NCBI GenBank assembly: GCA_963758915.1
Contig: CAVWXH010000003.1
Coordinates: forward strand, 1 to 64,000
Reading direction: 5' to 3'
DNA: 64,000 nucleotides
Origin: an uncultured Methanomicrobiales archaeon
Lineage (GTDB): Archaea > Halobacteriota > Methanomicrobia > Methanomicrobiales > Methanospirillaceae
The notes under the pieces were generated by a model. The model had not been told where the DNA came from, did no database searches, and saw only the letters and a list, made by a program, of their open reading frames with translations. The position numbers were made by a program, and so were the translations under genes. Below are positions 32,117 to 42,250 of this stretch, in pieces. Position 1 is the stretch's first letter. Every line of letters starts with the position of its first letter.

Positions 32117-32374
32117 GGCTCTGTTGAAAAGTATATTCGGCATCCGGAATCCTGATTATTCTGAAATTTATCTACGCTCTCGGGGCTCCGCCCCGCCGCT
32201 GTGGCGCCCCGGTTGGGATAGAGAGATCCCCCAATACTCTGAATTTAATGAGCCTTCTGGAAACCCTGCCCGAAGAATATCTTAATGGGGGTGGGGCAGG
32301 GGGGGTGAAACCCCCTCCTGTCTTCGTATTTCCCTCTTATTTTTTTTATATCACCTAAGGGTTTCAACAAAGCC
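32117..32374 (+). mobile_element. Complete MITE (258 bp) with IS5/IS903-like TIRs and 8-bp TSD; repeat copy 3
   Basis: Left end GGCTCTGTTGAAA, right end TTTCAACAAAGCC (12/13 inverted match); GGTTTCCA directly repeated at 32109-32116 and 32375-32382. Confidence 0.88.
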
Positions 32375-32505
32375 GGTTTCCAGAATTCTTATGGAGGCAG
32401 GGCTGAGTAAAAAAATATATTGGGTAGAATTTTATTCAATGTCTGGGGCATCAGTAGGATCCGGAATTATTCCCGGAAATTGTCCATAGTAACCGGATAG
32501 TCGAC

Positions 32506-32733
32506 TTGCTGTATAGCCCCAGTGATGCGGAGGGCAATATCAGGGAGTTATGGATCCGGATGACAATTGAAACCCCTGATATGACAGAACAGAAGCTGGG
32601 CGGTACGATTCATTATATTCGTGCGATTAAGGAAAATGGAGAGAGGTATTTAGGAGTGATAGTAAACCCTGCTTTCGATCCGGCACTTGTGGTTCCAATG
32701 TTCTTTGACCGCGGATTGGGAAGATTGGTATGA
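32506..32733 (+). pseudogene. DUF4258-like toxin, apparently N-terminally truncated
   Basis: NIRELWIRMTIETPD...HYIRAI...VIVNP...FFDR; overlaps a DUF2283 gene; no convincing N-terminus. Confidence 0.6.
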
Positions 32734-32930
32734 AATTAAAAGTAGACGAAAAAAATGATGTTCTCTATCTTCGCCTCGACGAATCGAAGATAGTAGAATC
32801 TGAAGAAGTCCAGCCAGGTGTAATCCTTGACTTCGATGCCAATAATAATGTAATAGGAATCGAACTCCTCGGGGTAAGCAGGAGAGGGGCGCTTGATACG
32901 CTTAAAAATTTACAGTTCGAAACGGCTTGA
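32730..32930 (+). CDS. DUF2283 antitoxin-like protein
   Basis: DVLYLRL...ESEEVQPGVILDFD...VIGIELL. Confidence 0.85.
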   Translation: MKLKVDEKNDVLYLRLDESKIVESEEVQPGVILDFDANNNVIGIELLGVSRRGALDTLKNLQFETA

Positions 32931-33023
32931 ACCGAACGATAACCGGGTAATCATTCCTTCCCAGTAAAAAAAACTGAATCCAATAGCACCGGGAAAACAG
33001 AAATAGAAAAATTCCTCTCCCAC

Positions 33024-34091
33024 TTACCCGACCCGGTACCCGCCCTTCGGCACCGTAATCTCAAACCTGGCTCCCTTCCCTTCTTCGCCGGTCTCGGCAA
33101 CAGTCATCCCGGTCAGTGCAAGAATTTCTCTCGCAAGGTACAGCCCATACCCTCGTTTGCTTCCAAACCCGCGGGTGAAGATCCGTTCCTTGTCCCCGGC
33201 AGGCACACCTGCACCGTTGTCACAAAAAGCGATAACAAGTCCGACAGGTTGCTCTGAAGCAGTAATCGTGATCGTATTGGCCGTCTTTCCGTGGAGAACG
33301 GTATTTTCGATAAAATTCGAAATTATTTTCCTGATCAATGGGTCTGCGAAGACCCTGATCCCCGGGTTTATCCCGACTTCAACTTTCATCCCCGGGTGGT
33401 CGATGATCGACGCAGTCTCCCTGATCACCCCCGGCAGGTCAACCCACACCGGCACATTGACGCCGACATCCTGGTAGTCCTTGGTGAATGCAACCTGCCG
33501 GCGGATCGTCTCGGCCGCACCTTCTTCTCTTGCAATGAACTCTTTCAGCGTGTTGTCCGTAACCATATCGTGCGAAAGCTCAAGGTAGCCAAGGAGGATC
33601 GTCAACTGGTTCATAATGTCGTGGCGGCTGATACTATTGAACCGGTTAAGCATCAGGACTGCCGCATTTAGCGATTTTTCCGCACGTATCCGGTCAGAAA
33701 TATCACGGAATATTACCATTATCATCCCGGGATTGCCGGCAGACCCTGGGACAGGGGAGAGTACCGATTCGACTGCAGAGACAGATCCATCCTTTTTTTG
33801 TATAGTGAATTGCAAAGTCTCACCCGTCCGGGGAGAAAGGGCCCGGCCGGAGAATTCCTTGAACATGTTGTGATCGGTCGCAGCCAGGATATGAGTAATA
33901 TTCCTGCCTGAAAGTTCTTCTGCAGCCTGATAACCGGTAATTTCAAGCGCCTTCCGGTTTATGAGGAGAATAACCCCCGTAGTATCTACAATGACCATTG
34001 CATCCGGTCCCTGCTCAAAAACGGCCCGGTATAAATTACTATAATCTGGTTGCATCACGTCCCCCTTCCATTTGATTCCCTGGCTCTCCAC
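33024..34091 (-). CDS. PAS-domain sensor histidine kinase
   Basis: PAS domain, H-box RHDIMNQL, ENTVLHG, DNGAGV and GYGLYL. Confidence 0.9.
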   Translation of the reverse strand: MESQGIKWKGDVMQPDYSNLYRAVFEQGPDAMVIVDTTGVILLINRKALEITGYQAAEELSGRNITHILAATDHNMFKEFSGRALSPRTGETLQFTIQKKDGSVSAVESVLSPVPGSAGNPGMIMVIFRDISDRIRAEKSLNAAVLMLNRFNSISRHDIMNQLTILLGYLELSHDMVTDNTLKEFIAREEGAAETIRRQVAFTKDYQDVGVNVPVWVDLPGVIRETASIIDHPGMKVEVGINPGIRVFADPLIRKIISNFIENTVLHGKTANTITITASEQPVGLVIAFCDNGAGVPAGDKERIFTRGFGSKRGYGLYLAREILALTGMTVAETGEEGKGARFEITVPKGGYRVG

Positions 34092-34141
34092 TGCTACAAC
34101 AAATATCCGCAGGATGGATATAAATCATTCAGCCGATCATC

Positions 34142-34942
34142 TCATGGTCTGCCATATCCGGGATTTACCATATGGCATCCGCTTTTCGTCCTGCAGGATG
34201 TGCCAATGGCATGCCCGACAAACTCTTTTGCTGCAGCACATGCCGCAGGAACATCATCCCCCAGAGCGAGATGTGCCGTAATCGCTGCTGAAAGGCAGCA
34301 ACCGGTACCATGTGCATCAAACGGCAGCCGTTCCCCGGAGAAGAGCCATTCACGACCATGGCCTATTAACAGGTCAGGCACAACCCCGCTGACTTTTGAT
34401 AGGTGGCCCCCTTTCACCAGCACATACGCCGCACCCTCTTTCTGGATATACCGGCCCGCAGCACGCATATCGTCAACTGTTCTGATCGGCCCGTACCCTG
34501 AAAGCACTTCTGCCTCGGGAAGGTTTGGTGTAACCAGTGTCGCCATTGGAACGAGGTTTTTTATCAGATCGTTCAATGCCTCCGGCTCCATCAGGGGCCT
34601 TCCACTTGATGATACCATCACGGGGTCCACAACGAGGGGTATACCCTTCGGGACACCGCATACCACGGCAGCTACCGCCCCGCATTCGGGCAGCATCCCG
34701 GTCTTAAACGCCCTGATATCAAAATCTTCAAGCAGTGTTGCGAGTTGTAACCGTATGATATCCCCGGGTACGTTCCAGGCCCCCATGACATTTTTTGCAT
34801 TCTGGGAGGTCACTGCGGTGATTACGGACAGGCCCCACACCCCCAGTGCACTGAATGTTTTAATATCTGACTGGATACCAGCCCCGCCTGAAGGGTCAGA
34901 CCCGGCTATGGTGCAGGCACATGGTACCGCTGGCATCTCCAT
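34142..34942 (-). CDS. thiD: Hydroxymethylpyrimidine/phosphomethylpyrimidine kinase
   Basis: IAGSDPSGGAGIQSDIKT, DPVMVS, TPNLPEA, KGGH and HGTGC motifs. Confidence 0.93.
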   Translation of the reverse strand: MEMPAVPCACTIAGSDPSGGAGIQSDIKTFSALGVWGLSVITAVTSQNAKNVMGAWNVPGDIIRLQLATLLEDFDIRAFKTGMLPECGAVAAVVCGVPKGIPLVVDPVMVSSSGRPLMEPEALNDLIKNLVPMATLVTPNLPEAEVLSGYGPIRTVDDMRAAGRYIQKEGAAYVLVKGGHLSKVSGVVPDLLIGHGREWLFSGERLPFDAHGTGCCLSAAITAHLALGDDVPAACAAAKEFVGHAIGTSCRTKSGCHMVNPGYGRP

Positions 34943-35322
34943 GGCGAGAATTGAGAGGGCTTTACGCATGAACCTTTTCATTATAACCGGGGTCAGGGAA
35001 CATCATTGCCTGTTTATCGGGCATAAATGCATTCAAATGCACCATTTGTCATGGATCAGATCAGAGGTTTTTTTGTTCGGGGCCGGGTAATTATTGCGAT
35101 GGATGCGCTCCGGGGGACCCGCCGTTCAACATCCCGGTCATCCCAATAGCATGATGCCAGCATGACACACAGTTCATCGTCCTGTTGCGGGTATTTACGG
35201 CGATTTTAACCATTCCTGCTGAAATGATGGCCACTTCGTATAGGTTTAAGTATGCCGGGATCCAATAGAAAAAGCAACAGCGAGGCATCCAAATGCCTCC
35301 CGACTTTTGGAACTGAACCACC

Positions 35323-35784
35323 ATGACTTCACGTATGCTCGCTCCTCACACAACCTGCCCTGGATGCCAGGAGGAAGTATTCCTTGATGAGCTGGTCAGG
35401 GGCCGGTGTCCACTTTGCGGGTGCACACTTGAGGACTTCGTGGACCAGTCAGGGGATATGGACGAGATAGTAGAACGGAGCGATTTCTCATGGCTGGTAT
35501 TCAACTACTTTATCTTCAAGAAATTCGATGAACTGGGCGCAAACCCGCTGCAGGTAATGCAACTGATTGCCGGGCTTGACGAATGCTGCTTAAACCCGGG
35601 CCCTGGTGAGTTCCCACGGACGAAATTTGAATTCGACCTGCCGATGAACCTGAGTGACAAGGTAAAGCCTAAGAAGTGTTCACGGTGTGGAAGGGTCTTC
35701 TTCCGGGGTGGCAGGAAAGTTCTGTCCGGCGACCTGACCAGCCCGGAATTTGAGATCCGGTATCTCTGTTCCCGGGAATTGTGA
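35323..35784 (+). CDS. Conserved hypothetical Zn-binding protein
   Basis: CPGC, CPLC and CSRC motifs; followed by a T-rich terminator. Confidence 0.7.
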   Translation: MTSRMLAPHTTCPGCQEEVFLDELVRGRCPLCGCTLEDFVDQSGDMDEIVERSDFSWLVFNYFIFKKFDELGANPLQVMQLIAGLDECCLNPGPGEFPRTKFEFDLPMNLSDKVKPKKCSRCGRVFFRGGRKVLSGDLTSPEFEIRYLCSREL

Positions 35785-35971
35785 ACGGATTTTCATCTTT
35801 TTTTGCCTCTTTTTGGGCAACAGAAGCATCCGGATTAATGATGATCAGAAAATTTAGTTACCAGTCAACCCTTGCGAATATTTCTGATAGTCTAATAATG
35901 ATCGTGAAAACCGAAAACGATAGTGCAAGTTGAATCTCTCTAATATTTTTTAAACTGATGGAGTGGTATTC

Positions 35972-36128
35972 AGATTTTACTAACGCCCCCGGGGCTCCGC
36001 ACCGCCGCTGTGGCAACCCCGTTGGGATAGACGTGGGCTGAGGGTATAGCTTTATAGATACAAAAAAAACCTGCCCAAGAGATATCCCAATGGGGGTGGG
36101 CCGGTAGGGGGTGAAACCCCCTCCTGTC
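35972..36128 (+). repeat. Dispersed structured repeat (MITE core), copy 4
   Basis: acgcccccggggctccgcaccgccgctgtggc...gttgggatag...cctgccc...aatgggggtggg...gggggtgaaaccccctcctgtc. Confidence 0.88.
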
Positions 36129-36302
36129 TGATGTTTTTTATTTTTAAAATTATTCACAACACTATTTTCCAAAAATAATCCTATTATTTATTGAAAGTTG
36201 TTTTAACCGCTGAAAATGACTCCAATAAGCTGAATTCACTGAAGATTATTGGATCATACGGATCATCAATTCCAACAGAGCCGGATTTTCGCAAAAAAAA
36301 TA

Positions 36303-37736
36303 TTAATATGCCCTGCCAAGAAGTGTTGTTGTACCCGGTTTCCCGCAGATAATGCAGTTCCCTTCAGTTTCATTCAGGTAAGGAGACCGTGCCTCGGTAC
36401 CGAGTACACTTGCCCCGAGACGTTCCTCCATTGCATCAGCGCACCCGCGTTCCCCGCACCAGTTGACGACCGCTACTCCCTGTGCCAGGGCATTTACAGC
36501 CTCTTCGACTGATACTGCATGGACAAGACGCGATCGCATCCGGGATTCCGCACGCTCCCGGAGCCGTTCGTGAACCCCTGCAAGTACACTGCCGACCCCG
36601 TTCACAAGGTCAGTGATCAGGACGGCGGACCGTTCCCCAGTCCTTGTTACCACGGTCACCTGGCCGGCATCGATATCTCTCGGCCCCACTTCAATCCTGA
36701 CCGGGACACCCCGCATCTCCCAGTAGTAGTACTTGGCCCCTGGCCGCAGGTCACGGTTATCGGTTTTTACCCGGAAGCCTGCGGATTTCAGGGTGGATTC
36801 CACGGATAATGCTGCCGCTGCCACGTCATCTTTCCGTTTTCCGATGGTGATCGGGACAATGACAATCTGCACCGGGGCCATGCCGGGCGGGAGCACCAGC
36901 CCCTTGTCGTCACCGTGGAGGCTGATCAGGGCGGCAATCGACCGTTCAGAAATCCCGTAACAGGTCTGGTACGCGTGGCGCTGCACCCCTTCCGGGTCCT
37001 CGAACGTAATCGAGAACGTCTTTGAGAAATGGTCCCCCAGGTGGTGCACGGTGCCGATCTGGAGCGTCTTCCCGTCGGGCATGATCGTGTCCACCGCCAT
37101 CGTATAGTCAGCACCCGGGAACTTGTCCCATTCCGGCCTCTTTGAGACAACGACCGGGATGCAGAGTTTTGCATAAAATTCCTGGTAAAGAGCAAGGGCC
37201 TTTTCGACCTGGGCCTCAGCCTGTTCCCAGGAGGCGTGGACCGTGTGGGCCTCCTTAAACGAGGTAATCTCCCGGAGCCTGATAAGGGGGCGCGTATGCT
37301 TCGTCTCGTACCGGAAGGTGTTCACAACCTGGTACAGCAGGATCGGCAGGTCCGCATGAGACCGGACCCACAGTGCATACATGGGGTATATGGCAGTTTC
37401 ACTGGTGGGACGTAGTGCAAGTGGTACATCGAGCAGGTCTTTACCCCCGTGAGTTACCCAGTACACCTCGTCCTCGAACCCCTTGATGTGCTCTGCCTCC
37501 TTCATGAACTCCTGTTCCGGGATCAGGAGTGGGAACAGGGTTTCCTGGTGTTCCCGGTCCATCAGCTCGCGGAGCCAGGTATACACATGTTTCCTGATTG
37601 CAAACCCGTGGGGGTACCAGACATACAGCCCCTTGACCGGGTAACGGACGTCCATGATCTCCGATTGCCACAGGAGATCATTGTACCATGCAGAAAAGTC
37701 AGCTTTGGGCGGTAATGCGCCGCGTTCTTCTTCCAT
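36303..37736 (-). CDS. proS: Prolyl-tRNA synthetase (archaeal type)
   Basis: [26 protein letters not shown] and CYGISER motifs. Confidence 0.97.
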   Translation of the reverse strand: MEEERGALPPKADFSAWYNDLLWQSEIMDVRYPVKGLYVWYPHGFAIRKHVYTWLRELMDREHQETLFPLLIPEQEFMKEAEHIKGFEDEVYWVTHGGKDLLDVPLALRPTSETAIYPMYALWVRSHADLPILLYQVVNTFRYETKHTRPLIRLREITSFKEAHTVHASWEQAEAQVEKALALYQEFYAKLCIPVVVSKRPEWDKFPGADYTMAVDTIMPDGKTLQIGTVHHLGDHFSKTFSITFEDPEGVQRHAYQTCYGISERSIAALISLHGDDKGLVLPPGMAPVQIVIVPITIGKRKDDVAAAALSVESTLKSAGFRVKTDNRDLRPGAKYYYWEMRGVPVRIEVGPRDIDAGQVTVVTRTGERSAVLITDLVNGVGSVLAGVHERLRERAESRMRSRLVHAVSVEEAVNALAQGVAVVNWCGERGCADAMEERLGASVLGTEARSPYLNETEGNCIICGKPGTTTLLGRAY

Positions 37737-37746
37737 ATCCCACTCC

Positions 37747-38314
37747 TTACGTCACCAGACGTATGATTTCAGGCGTAATAAATGCCTCGACAAACGCCGC
37801 GAGGAGGACAAGGGGGATGACGTACATTACAAATTTCAGGCCGTGGTGCGCAGCCTCAACCGCCGCATCACCGGTCCCGCTCCATTCATCGTAAAGCGAT
37901 TTCGCTAAGGAGGAACCCGAGTGCCCCTGACAGGATGAACGACGGGATCTCAAAAATGCCATGCGGCAGGATAGCGGCGAAAACAAAAACCATGCCCTTT
38001 TCTTCCCGGACCAGTTCCATGATCGAACCGATAATCAGGCCATTCGTTGAGAGGATAAACAGGGAGACCGCCCCGAAGGTTGCACCACCGAGAAAGAGCA
38101 GGAGGCATGCCTGGAGGTTGTTAACGAACAACTTCGCAAAAAGGAGTGGCGCAGGGTCTCCCACAATTCCCCCCACTACCGCATCCTTAAAAAGCGAAAG
38201 GAAATTTTGCCCGATTGACGGGTCCATCAGCGTTGCAATTACACCCATCGTCAGCGAAACTGCAAAGATGACCAGGGTAAGCAGGAGTCCCTGGCTGAGT
38301 TTCCATTCAGACAT
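37747..38314 (-). CDS. SpoIIM/DUF95 membrane protein (frameshift near 37905)
   Basis: [21 protein letters not shown] and [10 protein letters not shown] motifs. Confidence 0.85.
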
Positions 38315-39152
38315 AGAACATCATCCGGACCATATCCCTGATCCCCGGGGCGAGGCCGACCACGATCATGGCGAGGACAATAAGGTGCCAGAGGTCGGTG
38401 CTCCCCTCGTGGCGGTACCGCTCGAGGATCCAGATCCCGGGGATAATTACCACGAGTTTAAGGGGGAACATCACGAACGCGGTACCCGTCCACTCTATCA
38501 GGCTTGACCCCACAACATGTTGTTCGATATAGGCCAGGGGATGGAGGTCAATACCAAAACTGGTGGCACTTGCGTCAAGCAGTTGCCCGAATATGAGCAC
38601 CTTGTAGAGCGGATCAGAAACATACTCCCACCTGAACAGATATCGCAACGCGCCATACACAAGCAGGCTTGTAACGGCTGCAAGCGTGAGGATTATGACG
38701 GCAACCTCCGGGTGGATCACCCCGCGGGAGAGCCCGAACGCAACAAGGATCGAAAATGCCACCACCGCTGCAACTGCACCAGTCCCGGCATACCAGGGGA
38801 TATAATCCTTAATCACACCCTTTCGTGCGAGTGTCGTGGTAATGACGAGAACCCCGGCAGTAACAAAGAAGATAACAAAAAATATGAGCGGCGTCGTAAG
38901 GAAAAACTGCCAGTCCGAATTTATCAGGTGTGCGTCCTGCACGACCCTGATGACACCTCCAAACACCACGTAGGGAAGTGTGGCAAGGATGAACCGCCCA
39001 TCCACGGGGACTTTTGCATACCGCAGCCACCGGTATACCGCGTACACCCCGATGATGAGAAATATTGCATAGGTCAGGGTTTCAACCGGGTTATAGGGCT
39101 GATCAAACCTGACCGGATCGATGTAGTATTTGTAGATGAATTCCCTAATCAT
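38307..39152 (-). CDS. DUF63 family membrane protein
   Basis: YNPVETLTY, GQLLDASAT, EQHVV and GLAPGIRD motifs. Confidence 0.85.
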   Translation of the reverse strand: MIREFIYKYYIDPVRFDQPYNPVETLTYAIFLIIGVYAVYRWLRYAKVPVDGRFILATLPYVVFGGVIRVVQDAHLINSDWQFFLTTPLIFFVIFFVTAGVLVITTTLARKGVIKDYIPWYAGTGAVAAVVAFSILVAFGLSRGVIHPEVAVIILTLAAVTSLLVYGALRYLFRWEYVSDPLYKVLIFGQLLDASATSFGIDLHPLAYIEQHVVGSSLIEWTGTAFVMFPLKLVVIIPGIWILERYRHEGSTDLWHLIVLAMIVVGLAPGIRDMVRMMFYV

Positions 39153-39163
39153 TTCTGATAAGA

Positions 39164-40243
39164 ATGAGCGCCGGAAATATAAAAGTCTTGAAAAATAAAA
39201 TTTTCGGGAAATCCAAGTGGATGCAGCTGCCAAGGGACGTGGTGATCGGGCATGACGTACTCCCTCAGCTGCCAGACGTCTGTGAAGACCTCCGGATTGG
39301 TCATTCGGTCCTTATCGTTTCCGGTGGCCATACCCACGATATTGCTGGAGAACGGGTCAGGGCTCTCCTGAATGACGATTATGAGACAGCCACCTTTACC
39401 GCTGAAACAATCAGCCCCGAAGTGATCAGGCTCGCGGAAATTGCTGCAAAGGATGCAGATTTCCTCATCGGGGTAGGTGGGGGCCGGGTCATCGATACGG
39501 CAAAGATCACCGCCTATAACCTTGACCGCCAGTTTATCAGCATCCCTACCGCGGCCTCCCATGATGGAATCGCATCAGCACGGGCCAGTGTACCAACCGC
39601 AGAGGGGAGCGGGTCACTCGAGGCGCAGCCACCGATTGCGATTGTCGCCGATACCGGGATTATTGCAGCTGCGCCACACCGCCTTCTTGCGGCCGGGTGT
39701 GCCGATATTATCTCAAACTACACCGCGATCCTTGACTGGGAACTCGCCCACCGGTTACGGGGTGAACCGGTATCGGAGTATGCAGTCGCCTTGTCGAAAA
39801 TGACCGCAGAACTGCTGATGAAAAATGCCCATGTCTTAAAACCCCATAACGAAGAGACTGCCTGGTTCGTAACAAGGGCACTCGTATCTTCCGGGGTTGC
39901 AATGAGTATTGCCGGGTCATCGAGACCTGGCAGCGGGAGTGAACACAAGTTCGGCCACGCCCTTGAACGCCTCGCACCCGGTAAAGCACTCCACGGAGAG
40001 GCATGCGGTATCGGAACGATCATTGCAATGTACCTGCACGGAGGAGACTGGAAAATCATCAGGGAAGCATTACAAAGTGTTGGTGCCCCGGTCACACCTG
40101 GTGACCTTGGTATTGAGGACTCGGTCGTGGTGGCCGCGCTCCTGATGGCAAAGACTATCCGCCCGGAACGCTTCACCATACTTGATATGGGGCTCACAGA
40201 GGAATCTGCATGGGAACTCGTAAAAATGCTCTACAGGGATTGA
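39164..40243 (+). CDS. egsA: sn-glycerol-1-phosphate dehydrogenase (true start may be ATG 39221)
   Basis: GVGGGRVID, PTAASHDG, SRPGSGSEH and LHGEACG motifs. Confidence 0.95.
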   Translation: MSAGNIKVLKNKIFGKSKWMQLPRDVVIGHDVLPQLPDVCEDLRIGHSVLIVSGGHTHDIAGERVRALLNDDYETATFTAETISPEVIRLAEIAAKDADFLIGVGGGRVIDTAKITAYNLDRQFISIPTAASHDGIASARASVPTAEGSGSLEAQPPIAIVADTGIIAAAPHRLLAAGCADIISNYTAILDWELAHRLRGEPVSEYAVALSKMTAELLMKNAHVLKPHNEETAWFVTRALVSSGVAMSIAGSSRPGSGSEHKFGHALERLAPGKALHGEACGIGTIIAMYLHGGDWKIIREALQSVGAPVTPGDLGIEDSVVVAALLMAKTIRPERFTILDMGLTEESAWELVKMLYRD

Positions 40244-40695
40244 AAGGGGCGGCTGAGGCAAAGCCGAAGGTCACCCTGATCGGGACCGGGCTTGCAAAAC
40301 CTGGGCTCGAATTTGTCTATGAAGGATCGCTCGATGAATGCACACCCTGTTCACTGAAAAAGGCCTGCAATAACCTAAAAGAGGGGAGACGGTACCGGAT
40401 TGTCAATGTCCGGCCGACAAAGCATGAGTGCCTGATCCACAGGAACGGAACTTTTGCAGTTGAAGTGGTGGAGTCCCCGATCGCTGCCCTTTTAAACGCA
40501 GAAATGGTGATTAAAAACAGCAGGATCAACTACGAATACACCTGCAACAAGGAAGACTGTAAAAGTTACGACCTTTGCCACCCTGACGGGATCGTCGAGG
40601 GGGAAAAATATGTCATCGTGGAAGTGATTGGCAACGCCCCGGATCCCTGTGAGAAAGGGCGGACACTCAAGCTCGTTAACCTGATGTCCCCCTGA
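40240..40695 (+). CDS. UPF0179 family protein
   Basis: VTLIG..LAKPGLEF...CxxC..C; conserved neighbour of egsA. Confidence 0.85.
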   Translation: MKGAAEAKPKVTLIGTGLAKPGLEFVYEGSLDECTPCSLKKACNNLKEGRRYRIVNVRPTKHECLIHRNGTFAVEVVESPIAALLNAEMVIKNSRINYEYTCNKEDCKSYDLCHPDGIVEGEKYVIVEVIGNAPDPCEKGRTLKLVNLMSP

Positions 40696-40717
40696 ATAGT
40701 CCTGTTTTTTTATGGCC

Positions 40718-40979
40718 GGTTGTTATTGAAGCCCTGCATGGTTAAAAAAAAGAGGAAATTCCTGTACAGGAGAGGGTTTCACCCCCTCCCTGCCCCGGCC
40801 CCATTACGATAATTCTGGGCAGGGCTCAATGGTAGAACCCCTGGAGATTTCCGGGGTTTCGGGACCATTCCCTATCCCTACCCGGGTCACCAAAGCTGCA
40901 GGGCATGAGCCCCGGGAGCGTGGGTAAATGTTGGATTACCCAAATATACGGAAAAATTTGAGTGGATGTCAACACAGCC
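40718..40979 (-). mobile_element. MITE copy 5 with degenerate TIRs
   Basis: Core motifs in reverse orientation; right end gtcaacacagcc resembles the TIR. Confidence 0.78.
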
Positions 40980-41026
40980 CGTAACTGCATGGAATTTTTC
41001 AGCATCTGGCCCTTAGCGATAGAATG

Positions 41027-41926
41027 TTATCCTTTTTCCAGTTGTTGCGATACCATCCAGAGCCTCGCCCCGAGTGATGTGATCTTCCCGAAGTCCTGGA
41101 GGTTCACGAGCCACCGGCAGGGGATCTCCCCGATACCAGACCAGGCACCCGCAAGGGCTCCCGCAACGGCACCAACCGTATCAGTATCGCCACCGAGGCT
41201 GATTGCCCGGACAATCGTTTCTTCAAATGACCGGCTGTCCATAAAGACCGTGAGCGCTGCATGCGTGGCAAGGAGTGCATCAAGACCGGGTTCCGGATCG
41301 GACCGGTGGTACGCACCGAGAACCCTGATGACTTCGTCGTCGTCGCAGCGGTGAAGGGCACGGGAAAAAGCCCCGGTGCGCGAAAAGCCGCGGCACATGT
41401 CAGATATCATCTGGTTCACCCATGCTGAACACTCGGCTGCGGTCCTGTCATGGTGGGTCAGTTGCGAGCACCGGATGCTCACCTCGCGCAGCGATGGTCC
41501 GGAAAAAAAAATCCCAACCGGTGCACCCCTCATTACACTCCCGTTACTGCGGCTGCCCCCCCTTTGTAAATGGGTGATCCCTGCCGCACGGTCAGGAGGG
41601 ATACCCGACTGCACCAGGTCAAATACTGCACGCGAAGTAGGGCCGTAAAATTCAGGAAATCGCGAATAACCGTTAATGAGGCGCTTCATGAGGTCGTTCT
41701 GGCAGAAGTCCCTGCAGTGGATGAGTGATTCTGCGACTGCGATCGCCTGGAGCGTGTCATCAGTATAACAGCCGGCTTTTCGCATACGTGGCCCGTCGCC
41801 ATGCATTTCAGTCACAGGCCTCAGGGGAGGTGGGTACCCCTCAAAGGGCGCACCCATTGCATCCCCAATTGCGAGTCCCGTAAGGGCTCCCACCGCGCTC
41901 ACACCACCCGATATAAAGGTCACCAA
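41027..41926 (-). CDS. ADP-ribosylglycohydrolase (DraG/ARH family)
   Basis: GDAMG, TDDT, NGSVMR and GGDTDT motifs. Confidence 0.92.
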   Translation of the reverse strand: MVTFISGGVSAVGALTGLAIGDAMGAPFEGYPPPLRPVTEMHGDGPRMRKAGCYTDDTLQAIAVAESLIHCRDFCQNDLMKRLINGYSRFPEFYGPTSRAVFDLVQSGIPPDRAAGITHLQRGGSRSNGSVMRGAPVGIFFSGPSLREVSIRCSQLTHHDRTAAECSAWVNQMISDMCRGFSRTGAFSRALHRCDDDEVIRVLGAYHRSDPEPGLDALLATHAALTVFMDSRSFEETIVRAISLGGDTDTVGAVAGALAGAWSGIGEIPCRWLVNLQDFGKITSLGARLWMVSQQLEKG

Positions 41927-41976
41927 TAAGATATATCTGCTCCCGGAAATAGTAAATTTTGAGGAAAGGTGATAGT

Positions 41977-42243
41977 GTGCAAAAGGAAGAATTGCTGCAT
42001 TTACACATGCTGATGGTGCATATTAAAAAATACTACGAGAACATCACCAATGATGAAATTCCAACAGGACGCTATAGTGCGCTCGAAATCTCTCCTGTCC
42101 ACATCCACAAAAACAAGAAGTGTCATAAGGATGCGATCCTCGCCCTCGGGGATGAGATCGTGACCCATGTGAAACTCCAGCAGCCCATGATGGTGGACTA
42201 TACCTCGGACACTGCGCAGGGCAAGATCGCGGTTGAACATTAA
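41977..42243 (+). CDS. UPF0058 family protein
   Basis: KEELLHLH...ISPVHIHKNK..HKDAI. Confidence 0.85.
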   Translation: MQKEELLHLHMLMVHIKKYYENITNDEIPTGRYSALEISPVHIHKNKKCHKDAILALGDEIVTHVKLQQPMMVDYTSDTAQGKIAVEH

Positions 42244-42250
42244 TCCCGAG

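Noticed and set aside
32250-32325. Group II intron domain V/VI remnant in the repeat core
   Set aside because: There is a GAAA-type hairpin but no catalytic-triad domain V helix. TIR plus TSD explain the element better.
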